DNA of 64,000 bases from Patescibacteria group bacterium. Lineage in GTDB: Bacteria; Patescibacteriota; Microgenomatia; Levybacterales; UBA12049. The stretch lies in assembly GCA_035946335.1 (NCBI GenBank), contig DASYZL010000006.1, forward strand, positions 106,594 to 170,593, given 5' to 3'. The translations under genes and the position numbers were made by a program. The notes under the pieces are model-generated. The model was not told the DNA's origin. It searched no databases and saw only the letters and a list, made by a program, of their open reading frames with translations. Below are positions 39,665-49,417 of this stretch, in pieces (position 1 is the stretch's first letter; each line of letters begins with the position of its first letter).

Positions 39665-40396
39665 TTACTTTTCTCCCTCTACAGTATCTGGTTCTACTAC
39701 TTCAGATATTTCTTCTTTCGTTTTTCCCTTTTCTTCCGCTTTCTCTTCTTGTAATAAAGGAACAAACTTTTTGTTTGTCCCTCTTTTTATTACTGTCAAT
39801 AAACTCCCTATTTTACCTGGCACAAGTCCTGCAATAAAAAGCGTGTTAGCGCTGATACCGGCAACAGTCAAATGTTTTACTGTCACCTGTTCATTACCCA
39901 TTTTTCCTGCCATCCGCTTTCCTTTATACACCCGTCCTGGTGTCGTTGTTTGACCGATAGAGCCCGGAGCCCGCTCTCTATCCGATTGTCCGTGCGTTCG
40001 CGGACCGCCTCGAAAGTGATACCGTTTAACCCCTCCGGCAAATCCTTTTCCCTTGGAAGTTCCATGTACATCAATGATATCTCCTGGTTGTAACGCAGCT
40101 ACAAGCTCAATCTTCTCTCCAACAGTAGGTAAGTTTTCCCCGTCAGCAACACGAACCTCTCTTAAAAAGCGAGGAGCTTTTTCTAGTAAAGCTCCTTTTA
40201 TATGTCCTTGCAGTGGTTTATTCATTTTCTTATTGTGTCCATATCCAAGTTGCACTGCCCAATACTTGTCCTTCTCCTTCGTACGAATCGCAATAACGGG
40301 ATTCGCCTCAACTGAGACTATCGTCACAGGAAGCCGTTTTCCGTCTTGACGGAACTTTTGTGTTTGCCCCTGCTTTATTCCTAAAATTGCTTGCAT
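39665..40396 (-). CDS. rplC: 50S ribosomal protein L3
   Basis: Start trimmed to MQAILGIKQGQTQKF...; conserved L3 core. Confidence 0.9.
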   Translation of the reverse strand: MQAILGIKQGQTQKFRQDGKRLPVTIVSVEANPVIAIRTKEKDKYWAVQLGYGHNKKMNKPLQGHIKGALLEKAPRFLREVRVADGENLPTVGEKIELVAALQPGDIIDVHGTSKGKGFAGGVKRYHFRGGPRTHGQSDRERAPGSIGQTTTPGRVYKGKRMAGKMGNEQVTVKHLTVAGISANTLFIAGLVPGKIGSLLTVIKRGTNKKFVPLLQEEKAEEKGKTKEEISEVVEPDTVEGEK

Positions 40397-40551
40397 AGAA
40401 AACAACAAAAAAAGCGGCCATCAGGCCACCTTCTTTCCCGAAGATTTCCCCTGATGCTACTCTTTCACCACTCCTCCTTGGTTGAGCTGGATCATGTGTA
40501 AGCGAATTGTATCAAAACAGCAAGAAGTCTGCAAGAGGAAAGGAAAGACAG

Positions 40552-40557
40552 TATAAT
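40552..40557 (+). promoter_or_regulatory. -10 hexamer TATAAT 6 nt upstream of the MurF-like ligase ATG (leaderless-type)
   Basis: gacaGTATAATacgtgc-ATG; ATG at 40564. Confidence 0.35.
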
Positions 40558-40563
40558 ACGTGC

Positions 40564-41832
40564 ATGCTGCAACATATAAAGCATTTTCTCTACTTTCCTG
40601 TCGCTTCATATTTTCGCTTTTTTGCTTCGATACAACTACATAGATGGCATCCAACTGTTATTGTGGCAACCGGCTCGAGCGGGAAGACAACCTTATTGCA
40701 CCTTATTGAAGCACAGCTTGGACACAAAGCACGGTATTCACATCATGCAAATAGTATCTACGGCATTCCATTTGACATCCTTGGTTTATCGAGAAAATCC
40801 CTCACACGGATTGAATGGCTGTATTTGTTTTTTGCCACGCCATTTAGAGCTTTTCGAAAACCGTACAGGGAACCGTTATATGTTGTGGAAGCAGACGCTG
40901 ATAGGCCGAATGAGGCAAAATTGCTTGCATATTTTCTCAAACCGGCAGTAACACTTTGGACAGGTGTGAGCAAAACGCATACCATGAACTTCGACGCATT
41001 GGTAGAAGCAAAAAAGTTTTTGTCGGTTGAGGACGCTATCGGATACGAATTTGGATATTTTGCACAAACGACAAAGGACGTGGTAATTGCAAACGGCGAA
41101 AATATACAGGTTCTTAATGAAATCAAAAGAACGCGTGCCCAAAAAATCTTCACAACAAAACATGACCTAAAGCAATATCAACTTACGAAACGAACAACGA
41201 CATTCCGCATAAAAGAGCAAACGTTTGTTTTGCCCTTTTTGCTTCCCGAGGAAACATATATGTCTTTGGCGATGGTTAGAGAACTTTTGCTCCTTCTCAA
41301 CCTACCACTTGATCCATCTTTTCGCCTCCTGACTCTACCTCCAGGGCGCAGTTCTGTTTTTGCAGGCATCAAACAAACAACCATTATTGATTCCTCATAT
41401 AACGCAACCCCTGAAGGGACAAAAACAATACTTTCACTCTACACAAAATACCCTGCAAAAGAAAAATGGGCAGTATTAGGAGACATGATAGAACTAGGGG
41501 GTGAGGAGAAAGAAGAACATGAAAAGCTTGCAGAAGAAATCGCAAAGGGAAATTTTGATAAAATCATTCTCGTTGGTACTCGCGTTACAACCTACACATA
41601 CCCTGTTTTGCATGCTTTGCAACCTGTGTTACCAGTTGTAACATTTGAACAGCCAAAAGATGTACTTGTTTTTTTGCTGCAAGAAATAAAGGGAAATGAG
41701 ACAATACTCTTTAAAGGCGCACGGTTTTTAGAAGGAATTATTGAGCACCTGCTTATCGATAAAAGGGATTTTGCAAACTTGTGTCGTAGAGAAAAGATAT
41801 GGCACATACGAAGAAAACAATGGAGATTATAA
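40564..41832 (+). CDS. Mur ligase family protein (MurF-like UDP-MurNAc-peptide ligase)
   Basis: P-loop VIVATGSSGKTTLLHLI; C-terminal WAVLGDMIELGGEEKEEHEKLAEEI resembles the MurF signature. Start trimmed to MLQHIKHF... (the track started at 40507). Confidence 0.7.
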   Translation: MLQHIKHFLYFPVASYFRFFASIQLHRWHPTVIVATGSSGKTTLLHLIEAQLGHKARYSHHANSIYGIPFDILGLSRKSLTRIEWLYLFFATPFRAFRKPYREPLYVVEADADRPNEAKLLAYFLKPAVTLWTGVSKTHTMNFDALVEAKKFLSVEDAIGYEFGYFAQTTKDVVIANGENIQVLNEIKRTRAQKIFTTKHDLKQYQLTKRTTTFRIKEQTFVLPFLLPEETYMSLAMVRELLLLLNLPLDPSFRLLTLPPGRSSVFAGIKQTTIIDSSYNATPEGTKTILSLYTKYPAKEKWAVLGDMIELGGEEKEEHEKLAEEIAKGNFDKIILVGTRVTTYTYPVLHALQPVLPVVTFEQPKDVLVFLLQEIKGNETILFKGARFLEGIIEHLLIDKRDFANLCRREKIWHIRRKQWRL

Positions 41833-41861
41833 ACACAGTATAATATATTGATTAATCACCT

Positions 41862-42560
41862 ATGAAAAAAATATTTTTACTTCACGGTTGGACATATTCT
41901 CTGGAAAAATGGCAGAATTGTATATCGCGATTACAAAAGGCAGGATATGACATTATTGCGCTACGCGTTCCTGGACTTACGACCACAATTGACAAAGCAT
42001 GGGAACTCAATGATTATGTTTCCTGGTTGCATGCTATTCTAGCAAAAGAAAAAGGAAAACCAATCCTTATCGCACACTCCAATGGCGGACGTATTGCTAT
42101 TGCATTTGCGGCACAATATCCCCATATGGTAGAAAAGCTTATTTTAATTGACAGCGCAGGTATTTATCATAAGGAAATTCCAATTCTGATAAAACGATTT
42201 GTCTTTAGTAAGCTTGCCCGTGCAGGAAAGCTACTTACCTCTTCCAAAGAAATACAGCACATATTCTATAAACTTGTCGGAGAACATGATTATCTAAACG
42301 CCCCATCATTGTCTGTACGCCAAACTCTACGTAACCTAATTGCAATTGACTGCACACCATATCTGACCCGGCTGAGAATACCAACACTTATCATTTGGGG
42401 AGAAAAAGATACTATTACGCCACTTCGTGATGGGGAACTTATGAAAAGTTTGATACAACAGTCTAAACTTGTTATCGTGAAGAACTCACGACACGCTCCG
42501 TACCATACACATACACAAGAAGTTGTTGATGTGATTGTGAAAGAACTGCAGCATATATGA
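41862..42560 (+). CDS. Alpha/beta-fold hydrolase (esterase/lipase-like)
   Basis: 232 aa; nucleophile elbow in IAHSNGGRIA; Asp/His downstream. Confidence 0.65.
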   Translation: MKKIFLLHGWTYSLEKWQNCISRLQKAGYDIIALRVPGLTTTIDKAWELNDYVSWLHAILAKEKGKPILIAHSNGGRIAIAFAAQYPHMVEKLILIDSAGIYHKEIPILIKRFVFSKLARAGKLLTSSKEIQHIFYKLVGEHDYLNAPSLSVRQTLRNLIAIDCTPYLTRLRIPTLIIWGEKDTITPLRDGELMKSLIQQSKLVIVKNSRHAPYHTHTQEVVDVIVKELQHI

Positions 42561-43732
42561 GTATTTTTAACTCGCTCGGATCAAATTATGATTTTCGTTC
42601 TGCATTACAAACGCTTTTTCAAAGAAAAGATTTTTCTGCAAAACTCACTACACTTCTTGAGAAAGAATACAACGGGAAAGCTGTACTCGTCTACAAAGGG
42701 AGAGAAGCGATACTCCTATCACTGCAATTACTACAGATGCCAAAGGGTACACAGGTTGCAATCAATGGTTTTACCTGTTTCGCAGTATATAACGCTGTGA
42801 CAAACGCCGGTTATTCACCGGTTCTGTTGGATATTGAAAAAACATTGTTGCATTTTTCTGCTGAGATACTGGAAAAAGCAATAAAACAATTCCCGTCTCT
42901 CAAAGTAGTTATCATCCAAAATACACTCGGGATTGCATGTGACATAGAAAAAATTGCTGCGGTTTGCACAAAACATAACCTTATCCTCATAGAGGATCTA
43001 GCACATAGTGTCGGACTATACTATGCAAACAGGAAAGAAGCGGGGACAATTGGCGATTTTGTTACCCTGTCATTTAGTCAGGATAAAATGATTGACGCAG
43101 TTTCGGGAGGAGCCTTGGTTATCAGGAATAAAACATACCATACGCTTCCACATGTTCCTTTTAAGAAAGTGCCGAGTTCTCAACAGTTGAAGGACAGATG
43201 GTATCCGTTCCTAACCTATTGCATAAGAAAAAGTTATGATCTGCGCATTGGAAAACTCTTACACAGCTTCTTGAGACAGCTTTCTGTACTCTCACAACCG
43301 GTTGGTAACCCGACAGATACTATCCATGCGCTCCCTCGGTGGTACTGCAAACCTATTTATCACGGTTTTCAAAGCCTTGCCCAAAACATCAATCACCGAA
43401 AGGCGGTTGCAGGAGTATATGAGCAAATTGACAAAAAAAGTATCGGAAAGAGAGAAATAAAAAGTATTTTTTTGAGATTTCCCTTTTTTGTTGATAACCG
43501 TTCTTCACTTATTTCATATCTCAAAAAACATCATGTTTACATTGCTGACATTTGGTATGACAGTCCGATTAGTCCAAAACAATACATACAATATACAAAC
43601 TATCATGGTGAATGTCCGAATGCAGAAAACATTGCAAAAACGATCATCAACTTGCCAACACACCGGAATGTAAACGCAAGAGATGCACGTGTGATTACAG
43701 AAAGGATTACCACATGGCTACAGTCAGCATAA
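42557..43732 (+). CDS. DegT/DnrJ/EryC1/StrS-family PLP-dependent aminotransferase (sugar aminotransferase-like)
   Basis: 391 aa; active-site Lys context LSFSQDKMIDAVSGGAL; ATGA overlap with the hydrolase gene. Confidence 0.7.
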   Translation: MSIFNSLGSNYDFRSALQTLFQRKDFSAKLTTLLEKEYNGKAVLVYKGREAILLSLQLLQMPKGTQVAINGFTCFAVYNAVTNAGYSPVLLDIEKTLLHFSAEILEKAIKQFPSLKVVIIQNTLGIACDIEKIAAVCTKHNLILIEDLAHSVGLYYANRKEAGTIGDFVTLSFSQDKMIDAVSGGALVIRNKTYHTLPHVPFKKVPSSQQLKDRWYPFLTYCIRKSYDLRIGKLLHSFLRQLSVLSQPVGNPTDTIHALPRWYCKPIYHGFQSLAQNINHRKAVAGVYEQIDKKSIGKREIKSIFLRFPFFVDNRSSLISYLKKHHVYIADIWYDSPISPKQYIQYTNYHGECPNAENIAKTIINLPTHRNVNARDARVITERITTWLQSA

Positions 43733-44739
43733 AAGGAGTTACCGATAAAAATGTCTGGGAACAGTTTGTTGCTCACTATGAGGGCGCAAATTTTTTGCAA
43801 TCGTGGTACTGGGGAGATTTCCACACAGCACTGAATAAAAAGATTGCCAGGACAGGCTTTTACAAAGGTGGAACGCTAACTGGAGTCATGTTAAGTGTTG
43901 TCGAGAAAGCAAAACGCGCAACGTATCTGACTGTTCCCGCAGGACCATTGATTGATTGGAATGACAAAAAGACCATTGAGAAATTTGTTGCGGAAATAAA
44001 GCGGATTGCGGGAAGAGAAAAATGTTCTTTTGTCAGGGTACGTCCACAATTATTATTAGACGATTTCTCAAAAAACCTTTTTTCTGGACTTGGATTCCGT
44101 CCTTCACCTATACACCTTACCGCAGAATTAACATCTCAATTAACTCTTTCACCTTCAGAAGAAACTCTTCTTGCAAACATGCGAAAAGGAACACGGTATG
44201 AAATTAACAAAGCAAAGAAAATTGGCATACATATTCAGACAACAAACGAACCGTCTGCGATACAAGGATTCTACGAACTGCAATTACAAACAGCAAAGCG
44301 GCAGAACTTTGTTCCATTCTCATATGCCTTTTTACATGAACAGTTTACTATATTTGCGGAAGCGAAAAAAGCCTTATTATATAGTGCATACATGGAAAAA
44401 GATCTCTTAGCCCAGGCATTTATTATTTTTTATGGCGAAGAAGCGGCATATCATTATGGTGCAAGCACTGATTTGGGGAGAAAATATCCTGGCGTATATC
44501 TCATCCAATGGGAAGCAATAAAAGAAGCGAAAAAACGCGGGTTGAAACGATATAATTTCTGGGGTGTTGCGCCGGAAAAAGAGATAAACCACCGCTTTGC
44601 AGGAGTTTCACTATTTAAAAGGGGTTTTGGGGGCAGTGACATTGAATATTTACATGCACAGGATTTTATTATTAATGCTCCAAAGTATGCGGTAAATTAT
44701 ATTATTGAAAAATGGCGCAAGCACTACCGAAGAGTATAA
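43714..44739 (+). CDS. FemAB-family aminoacyl-tRNA-dependent peptidoglycan branch-peptide transferase
   Basis: Start trimmed to MATVSIKGV...; FemAB/FemX fold (tandem GNAT-like halves, ...LFKRGFGG... C-terminal motif). Its stop lies 2 nt from the stop of the convergent rpsJ. Confidence 0.7.
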   Translation: MATVSIKGVTDKNVWEQFVAHYEGANFLQSWYWGDFHTALNKKIARTGFYKGGTLTGVMLSVVEKAKRATYLTVPAGPLIDWNDKKTIEKFVAEIKRIAGREKCSFVRVRPQLLLDDFSKNLFSGLGFRPSPIHLTAELTSQLTLSPSEETLLANMRKGTRYEINKAKKIGIHIQTTNEPSAIQGFYELQLQTAKRQNFVPFSYAFLHEQFTIFAEAKKALLYSAYMEKDLLAQAFIIFYGEEAAYHYGASTDLGRKYPGVYLIQWEAIKEAKKRGLKRYNFWGVAPEKEINHRFAGVSLFKRGFGGSDIEYLHAQDFIINAPKYAVNYIIEKWRKHYRRV

Positions 44740-44741
44740 CC

Positions 44742-45050
44742 TCACATCTTTATTTCAATATCTACGCCGGCAGGAAGCTCTAAATGACCAAGACTATCCA
44801 TTGTTTTTTCTGTTGGAGAAACGATGTCAATAAGTCTTTTGTGGACACGGATTTCAAAATGGTCACGGGCATTTTTATAAATGAATGGAGAAGCCTGCAC
44901 TGCATAAACCGTTCGGTCGGTCGGAAGTGGTACTGGTCCGACAACTTTTGCACCAGTCCGGATTGCAGTATCCAGAATCTGCTGACAACACGCGTCAATA
45001 ACGCGTGCATCATATGCTTTGAGTCGTACTCGTATTCTTCCTTTTGGCAT
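44742..45050 (-). CDS. rpsJ: 30S ribosomal protein S10
   Basis: 102 aa; ...[38 protein letters not shown]... and ...[31 protein letters not shown] match S10 over its whole length. Confidence 0.9.
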   Translation of the reverse strand: [102 protein letters not shown]

Positions 45051-45124
45051 AGGCTTTCAAAGAACAAATTTCTTCGTGGTGTGATTATACAATAGAAAGA
45101 AATGCTTGTCCAGCAAAACTTTTC

Positions 45125-45177
45125 TTGACAGATCCTGCTTTTTCTGACTATTATCAAAGAGGGGACAAAAAGGAGGT
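45125..45177 (+). promoter_or_regulatory. Sigma70-like promoter TTGACA-18-TATTAT plus strong SD AAAAAGGAGGTGA for the Met-rich protein/msrA pair
   Basis: -35 at 45125-45130, -10 at 45149-45154, SD at 45169-45177, ATG at 45184. Confidence 0.45.
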
Positions 45178-45183
45178 GAACGT

Positions 45184-45582
45184 ATGGCACGAAAAACAGT
45201 CGCAACAATAACACGAAAAACGATGATCATTGTCACTGTTATTACACTTTTTGTTGGTGCACTTTTTGGGTATGAAATCGGAAAAGCAAAATATATTGCA
45301 AAAATGGCCTTGGTACAAGGAGGACTCATGCAGCAACTGGAAGATGTAAAATTACAAGTTCAGGCTGTCAGAATGCAAAGCGGATTTATCATGAAGGGCA
45401 ACAGTATGTATGTTATTAATGCCGGACAAATGATGCTTATGGATAAGAATATGACCCTAAAAGATGGGACAGAAGTAACAACAACAGGGCAAGTAATGAT
45501 GAAAGACGGCACGACACTATTGATGCAAAATGATCAGGCTCTTACAGCAGACGATAAACTGATAAACGTATCGATGGACTAA
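45184..45582 (+). CDS. Methionine-rich membrane-anchored protein (about 12% Met) of unknown function
   Basis: 132 aa; N-terminal TM helix, then a soluble region containing MM/MxM clusters (GQMMLMDKNM, TGQVMMKDGTTLLMQ). Confidence 0.55.
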   Translation: MARKTVATITRKTMIIVTVITLFVGALFGYEIGKAKYIAKMALVQGGLMQQLEDVKLQVQAVRMQSGFIMKGNSMYVINAGQMMLMDKNMTLKDGTEVTTTGQVMMKDGTTLLMQNDQALTADDKLINVSMD

Positions 45583-45588
45583 CTTTTT

Positions 45589-46137
45589 ATGGCGGAAGAA
45601 ATAGCAACGCTTGCAGGTGGCTGTTTTTGGTGTACTGAGGCAATCTTTAAACGGCTTAAAGGAATCATATCAGTGATCCCTGGATATGCAGGGGGAACGA
45701 AAGAGAATCCTTCTTATGATGAAGTTTCTTCAGGGAAAACAGGATATGCTGAGGCAACTCAATTACATTTTGACCCATCGATTATCCCCTATGAAAAAAT
45801 ATTAGACGTATTTTGGCACACACACAATCCAACAACGCTTAATCAGCAAGGCAATGATATTGGTACCCAGTACCGATCTGTTATTTTTTTCCATAATAAA
45901 CAGCAGAAAGAGATTGCAGAAAGATCAAAAAAAGGTATTGAAAAGTCAGGATTGTATAAAGACCAGATTGTTACCGACATACTGCCCTTTACCACATTTT
46001 ATTCCGCAGAATCATATCATAAAGACTATTACGATCGAAATCGTGATTACCCCTATTGTACTTACGTCATTGACCCGAAAATTCAAAAACTTATGGAAGA
46101 ATTCGGAAAAGATGTTAAAGATGAGTATAAGTCGTAA
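45589..46137 (+). CDS. msrA: Peptide methionine-S-sulfoxide reductase MsrA
   Basis: 182 aa; catalytic GCFWC motif and the conserved MsrA core. Confidence 0.9.
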   Translation: MAEEIATLAGGCFWCTEAIFKRLKGIISVIPGYAGGTKENPSYDEVSSGKTGYAEATQLHFDPSIIPYEKILDVFWHTHNPTTLNQQGNDIGTQYRSVIFFHNKQQKEIAERSKKGIEKSGLYKDQIVTDILPFTTFYSAESYHKDYYDRNRDYPYCTYVIDPKIQKLMEEFGKDVKDEYKS

Positions 46138-46197
46138 AGTATTTTTTTCTTCAAACTATTCTACGAATTAGTTGATGCGTTTTTCCTTTTTACAACT

Positions 46198-46680
46198 TTA
46201 TTCTATTGCTTTTACCAGAGTCAAGTCATAATCAAGAAATCCTAAAGTATGATATAGCGCAATAGCTTTTGAGTTGGCATAGTAAGCAGAAACTCCGATA
46301 CGGTTACATGTTTCTTTTCTGAATGTTGCTATCAATGCACGATACAAAGCATTTCCAACTCCTTTTCTCCTTTGTTCTTTAAGGACAAACCAATCCTCAA
46401 TAAATCCCTCTTTATCCAAAATTCTGTATGATTTTTCTTTAATATCGCCGCAAATATAACCAACGAGTTTTCCGTCAAGCTCTGCAACAAAAGTAAAATA
46501 TTGGGGATCTTCGATAAATTTTTTAGCAAACTCGGCAAGCGTTTTCTCTTTATCTTTTGATTGTATAAAAGGCATAAGAGTTTTTGGAAAAATTTCTTCT
46601 TGATCATAGTATAAAGCAAATTGTTGTATGAGAAAGAGCAATTGCTGTTTATCTTTCTTTATTGCTTTACGAATTAACAT
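46198..46680 (-). CDS. GNAT-family N-acetyltransferase
   Basis: Start trimmed to MLIRKAIKKDK... (the track started at 46746); acetyl-CoA-binding motif RRKGVGNALYRALI. Confidence 0.7.
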   Translation of the reverse strand: MLIRKAIKKDKQQLLFLIQQFALYYDQEEIFPKTLMPFIQSKDKEKTLAEFAKKFIEDPQYFTFVAELDGKLVGYICGDIKEKSYRILDKEGFIEDWFVLKEQRRKGVGNALYRALIATFRKETCNRIGVSAYYANSKAIALYHTLGFLDYDLTLVKAIE

Positions 46681-46686
46681 AAAACC

Positions 46687-46695
46687 ATTATAGCA
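46687..46695 (-). promoter_or_regulatory. Extended -10 TGCTATAAT 6 nt upstream of the GNAT ATG (leaderless-type)
   Basis: Minus strand ...tgcTATAATggtttt-ATG. Confidence 0.35.
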
Positions 46696-46702
46696 AACGC
46701 AT

Positions 46703-46724
46703 AAAAAAATCCGCATGAAGCGGA
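46703..46724 (-). terminator. Rho-independent terminator downstream of tuf
   Basis: Minus strand UCCGC-uucau-GCGGA followed by UUUUUUU, starting about 25 nt after the tuf stop. Confidence 0.5.
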
Positions 46725-46748
46725 TGAAAAGGTCTGTAAATAACAAAT

Positions 46749-47945
46749 TTACTTAATAATCTTTGTGATAACGCCTGCACCAACTGTTTTACCGCCTTCG
46801 CGGATAGCAAAACGGACGCCTTCTTCAAGAGCAACTGGTACAATCAGTTGGACTGTCATTTTTGTATTATCTCCCGGCATTACCATTTCTGTTCCTGTTG
46901 GAAGAGTTACGCTACCTGTTACATCGGTTGTACGAATGTAAAATTGCGGCCGGTAACCGGTGAAAAACGGTGTATGTCGTCCACCCTCTTCTTTTGCAAG
47001 AATATATACTTCTGCTTCAAATTCTGTGTGTGGCGTAATGGAACCTGGTTTAACAATAACCTGTCCACGCTCAACGTCATCTTTTTCAATGCCACGAAGG
47101 AGCAGTCCAACATTGTCTCCTGCTTGACCTTCATCGAGTTGTTTTCTAAACATTTCAACACCGGTGACAACTGATTGTACTGTGGGACGAATACCGACTA
47201 ACTCAACTGCCTCATTTACCTTAACAATTCCTCGCTCAATTCTTCCGGTAACAACTGTTCCTCGTCCTTTAATAGAAAAGACATCCTCAACTGGCATCAA
47301 GAATGGTTTGTCTGTATCACGAACCGGATCAGGGATGTAGTTATCAACTGCGTCCATAAGGTCAAGAATTTTCTGCTCTGCATCTTTATCGCCTTCGAGC
47401 GCTTTCAAAGAAGAACCACGGATTACCGGCACATCATTTCCTGGATATTGATATTTTGTTAACAGTTCACGAACTTCCATTTCTACCAAATCAAGCAGTT
47501 CCGGATCTTGCACCATGTCACATTTATTCATGTAGACAACAATTGCTGGTACACCAACTTGCCGAGCGAGAAGAATGTGTTCGCGAGTTTGCGGCATTGG
47601 ACCGTCTGGCGCTGAAACAACAAGAATTGCTCCATCCATTTGTGCTGCACCAGTAATCATGTTTTTAATGTAATCAGCGTGGCCAGGAGCATCAATATGG
47701 GCATAATGTCGTTTTGCTGTTTCGTATTCGATGTGGGTAATGTTGATCGTAACGCCTCGGGCTCTTTCTTCCGGGGCATTATCAATGTCTTCGTATTTTT
47801 TCGCTTCTGCTTTTGTTCCCTTTTCTGAAGCATATTTTGCCAAAACAGTTGCAATTGCTGCAGTGGTAGTTGTTTTTCCGTGATCAACGTGACCAATCGT
47901 TCCAATATTAACGTGGGGTTTGTTTCGTACGTATTTATCTGCCAT
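46749..47945 (-). CDS. tuf: Elongation factor Tu
   Basis: 398 aa; [14 protein letters not shown] and NKCD GTPase motifs. Confidence 0.95.
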   Translation of the reverse strand: MADKYVRNKPHVNIGTIGHVDHGKTTTTAAIATVLAKYASEKGTKAEAKKYEDIDNAPEERARGVTINITHIEYETAKRHYAHIDAPGHADYIKNMITGAAQMDGAILVVSAPDGPMPQTREHILLARQVGVPAIVVYMNKCDMVQDPELLDLVEMEVRELLTKYQYPGNDVPVIRGSSLKALEGDKDAEQKILDLMDAVDNYIPDPVRDTDKPFLMPVEDVFSIKGRGTVVTGRIERGIVKVNEAVELVGIRPTVQSVVTGVEMFRKQLDEGQAGDNVGLLLRGIEKDDVERGQVIVKPGSITPHTEFEAEVYILAKEEGGRHTPFFTGYRPQFYIRTTDVTGSVTLPTGTEMVMPGDNTKMTVQLIVPVALEEGVRFAIREGGKTVGAGVITKIIK

Positions 47946-47985
47946 AGATTAAAAAAAGATCTCAACTCTTTGTGAGACTGGATGC

Positions 47986-48014
47986 ATCATACATCATTTC
48001 TTTTTTTCCGTCAA
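47986..48014 (-). promoter_or_regulatory. Consensus-like sigma70 promoter TTGACG-17-TATGAT for tuf
   Basis: Minus-strand -35 TTGACG, 17-nt spacer, -10 TATGAT, about 40-nt leader before the tuf ATG. Confidence 0.45.
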
Positions 48015-48054
48015 CACCCAAAATGAAAAAAATATATGGTATGATGAGTTGTTT

Positions 48055-48918
48055 ATGCAACTCCTTACAACTTCCGGATGGAAAGATTATGAACTCATCG
48101 ATTCCGGAAATGAAATGCGTTATGAACGCTTTGGCCCATACAAGACTGTTCGACCTGACCCGCAGGCAATCTGGCAACCCTCACTCAAGGATTGGAGCGA
48201 TGCAGATGTGCAGTTTATAAGCACAGGTGCAGGCAAAGGAATATGGCAATTTAAACGGCATTTACCGGAAAAATGGCTCATGCACTGGCGTCACCTTGCC
48301 TTTTGGACACGACTGACATCTTTTAAACACACCGGGGTATTTCCTGAACAAAATATACAGTGGGAATATATTGAGAAGAAAATAAAACAGTTTCGATCCG
48401 CACCAACTATCCTCAATCTTTTTGGATACACCGGTATTGCAAGCTTAGTTGCAGCGGCGGGAGGAGCACATGTTACGCATATTGATGCATCAAAACCTTC
48501 TCTTAGCTGGGCGAAGGAAAACCAAGTAGTTGCAAAATTACAAGACAAACCAATGCGTTTCATGCTAGATGACGCTGTAAAATTTGTTGAGCGGGAAATC
48601 CGGCGGGGCAACACATATAACGGTATACTCCTTGATCCACCTGTATATGGACATGGTCCTGCGGGACAAATCTGGAAGTTTAGTGAAGATTTTCCTCGCC
48701 TGTTACGTTTGTGCAATCAGCTACTTGCTAAACAACCACTTTTTGTTATTGTCAATGCGTATGCAATTTCTTCTTCAAGTCTGATGCTGGAAAATGTCAT
48801 GCATGATACTTTACCTAAGGGAAACATTATCGTAGGAGAGTTAGCGCTGCAGGAATCATCGTCCAAACGCCTCCTTTCAACTGGTATTTTTGGCAGATGG
48901 GAAGGTTTACTTCCGTAA
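48055..48918 (+). CDS. Class I SAM-dependent methyltransferase (RlmI/RlmK-like rRNA methyltransferase C-terminal module)
   Basis: Start trimmed to MQLLTTSGW...; Rossmann motif LNLFGYTGIASLVAAAGGA and D/NPP-like motif LLDPPVYG. Extended -10 TGGTATGAT lies 9 nt upstream. Confidence 0.6.
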   Translation: MQLLTTSGWKDYELIDSGNEMRYERFGPYKTVRPDPQAIWQPSLKDWSDADVQFISTGAGKGIWQFKRHLPEKWLMHWRHLAFWTRLTSFKHTGVFPEQNIQWEYIEKKIKQFRSAPTILNLFGYTGIASLVAAAGGAHVTHIDASKPSLSWAKENQVVAKLQDKPMRFMLDDAVKFVEREIRRGNTYNGILLDPPVYGHGPAGQIWKFSEDFPRLLRLCNQLLAKQPLFVIVNAYAISSSSLMLENVMHDTLPKGNIIVGELALQESSSKRLLSTGIFGRWEGLLP

Positions 48919-49377
48919 GCAGCTTTGTATATCACTCATTAGTTGTGGCGGAATATTTGTTGCAGAGGTTATACGAGCAAGATCCTGCGGTTTGTATTGC
49001 GTTATAACCTTCTGGAGAATGCAATTACATGCAGCCGCTTGAGATCCCAGTACTGTTTTGCAGGTCAGTGCAAATTGCTGTACGAGTTGTGGAGTAAACT
49101 GCCCAATTGCCGATACCGACGCTGCTGATTGTTGCATCGATTGCTTGAGGGGGATGGGGGATGGAGAAAGCGGGAGTACAACAGTTTTTGGAATGGCATT
49201 TTGATATATTGCGATAAGAAAGAAGGCAACTGCACCAATACACAAAAGTGCAATACCTGCAGTCAAAAAAACAGCCGGCTTATTACTGTCTGTTGTGTGG
49301 ATGGAGCGTAAACTGGTAAATGTGAGAAAAAAACCAATACCAACAAAAAGCAGCATGAGTAACGCAAAAAGATTCAT
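48907..49377 (-). CDS. Hypothetical membrane protein (two TM helices plus a Cys-containing soluble domain)
   Basis: 156 aa; no recognisable family. Confidence 0.4.
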   Translation of the reverse strand: MNLFALLMLLFVGIGFFLTFTSLRSIHTTDSNKPAVFLTAGIALLCIGAVAFFLIAIYQNAIPKTVVLPLSPSPIPLKQSMQQSAASVSAIGQFTPQLVQQFALTCKTVLGSQAAACNCILQKVITQYKPQDLARITSATNIPPQLMSDIQSCLRK

Positions 49378-49417
49378 ATATTCATTATCATGCCTTTAAG
49401 CAAACCTTGTCAAGAAA

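Noticed and set aside
40409-40440. GGCC-ATCA-GGCC hairpin plus A7 just upstream of rplC
   Set aside because: A 4-bp stem is too short for a confident terminator or attenuator call.
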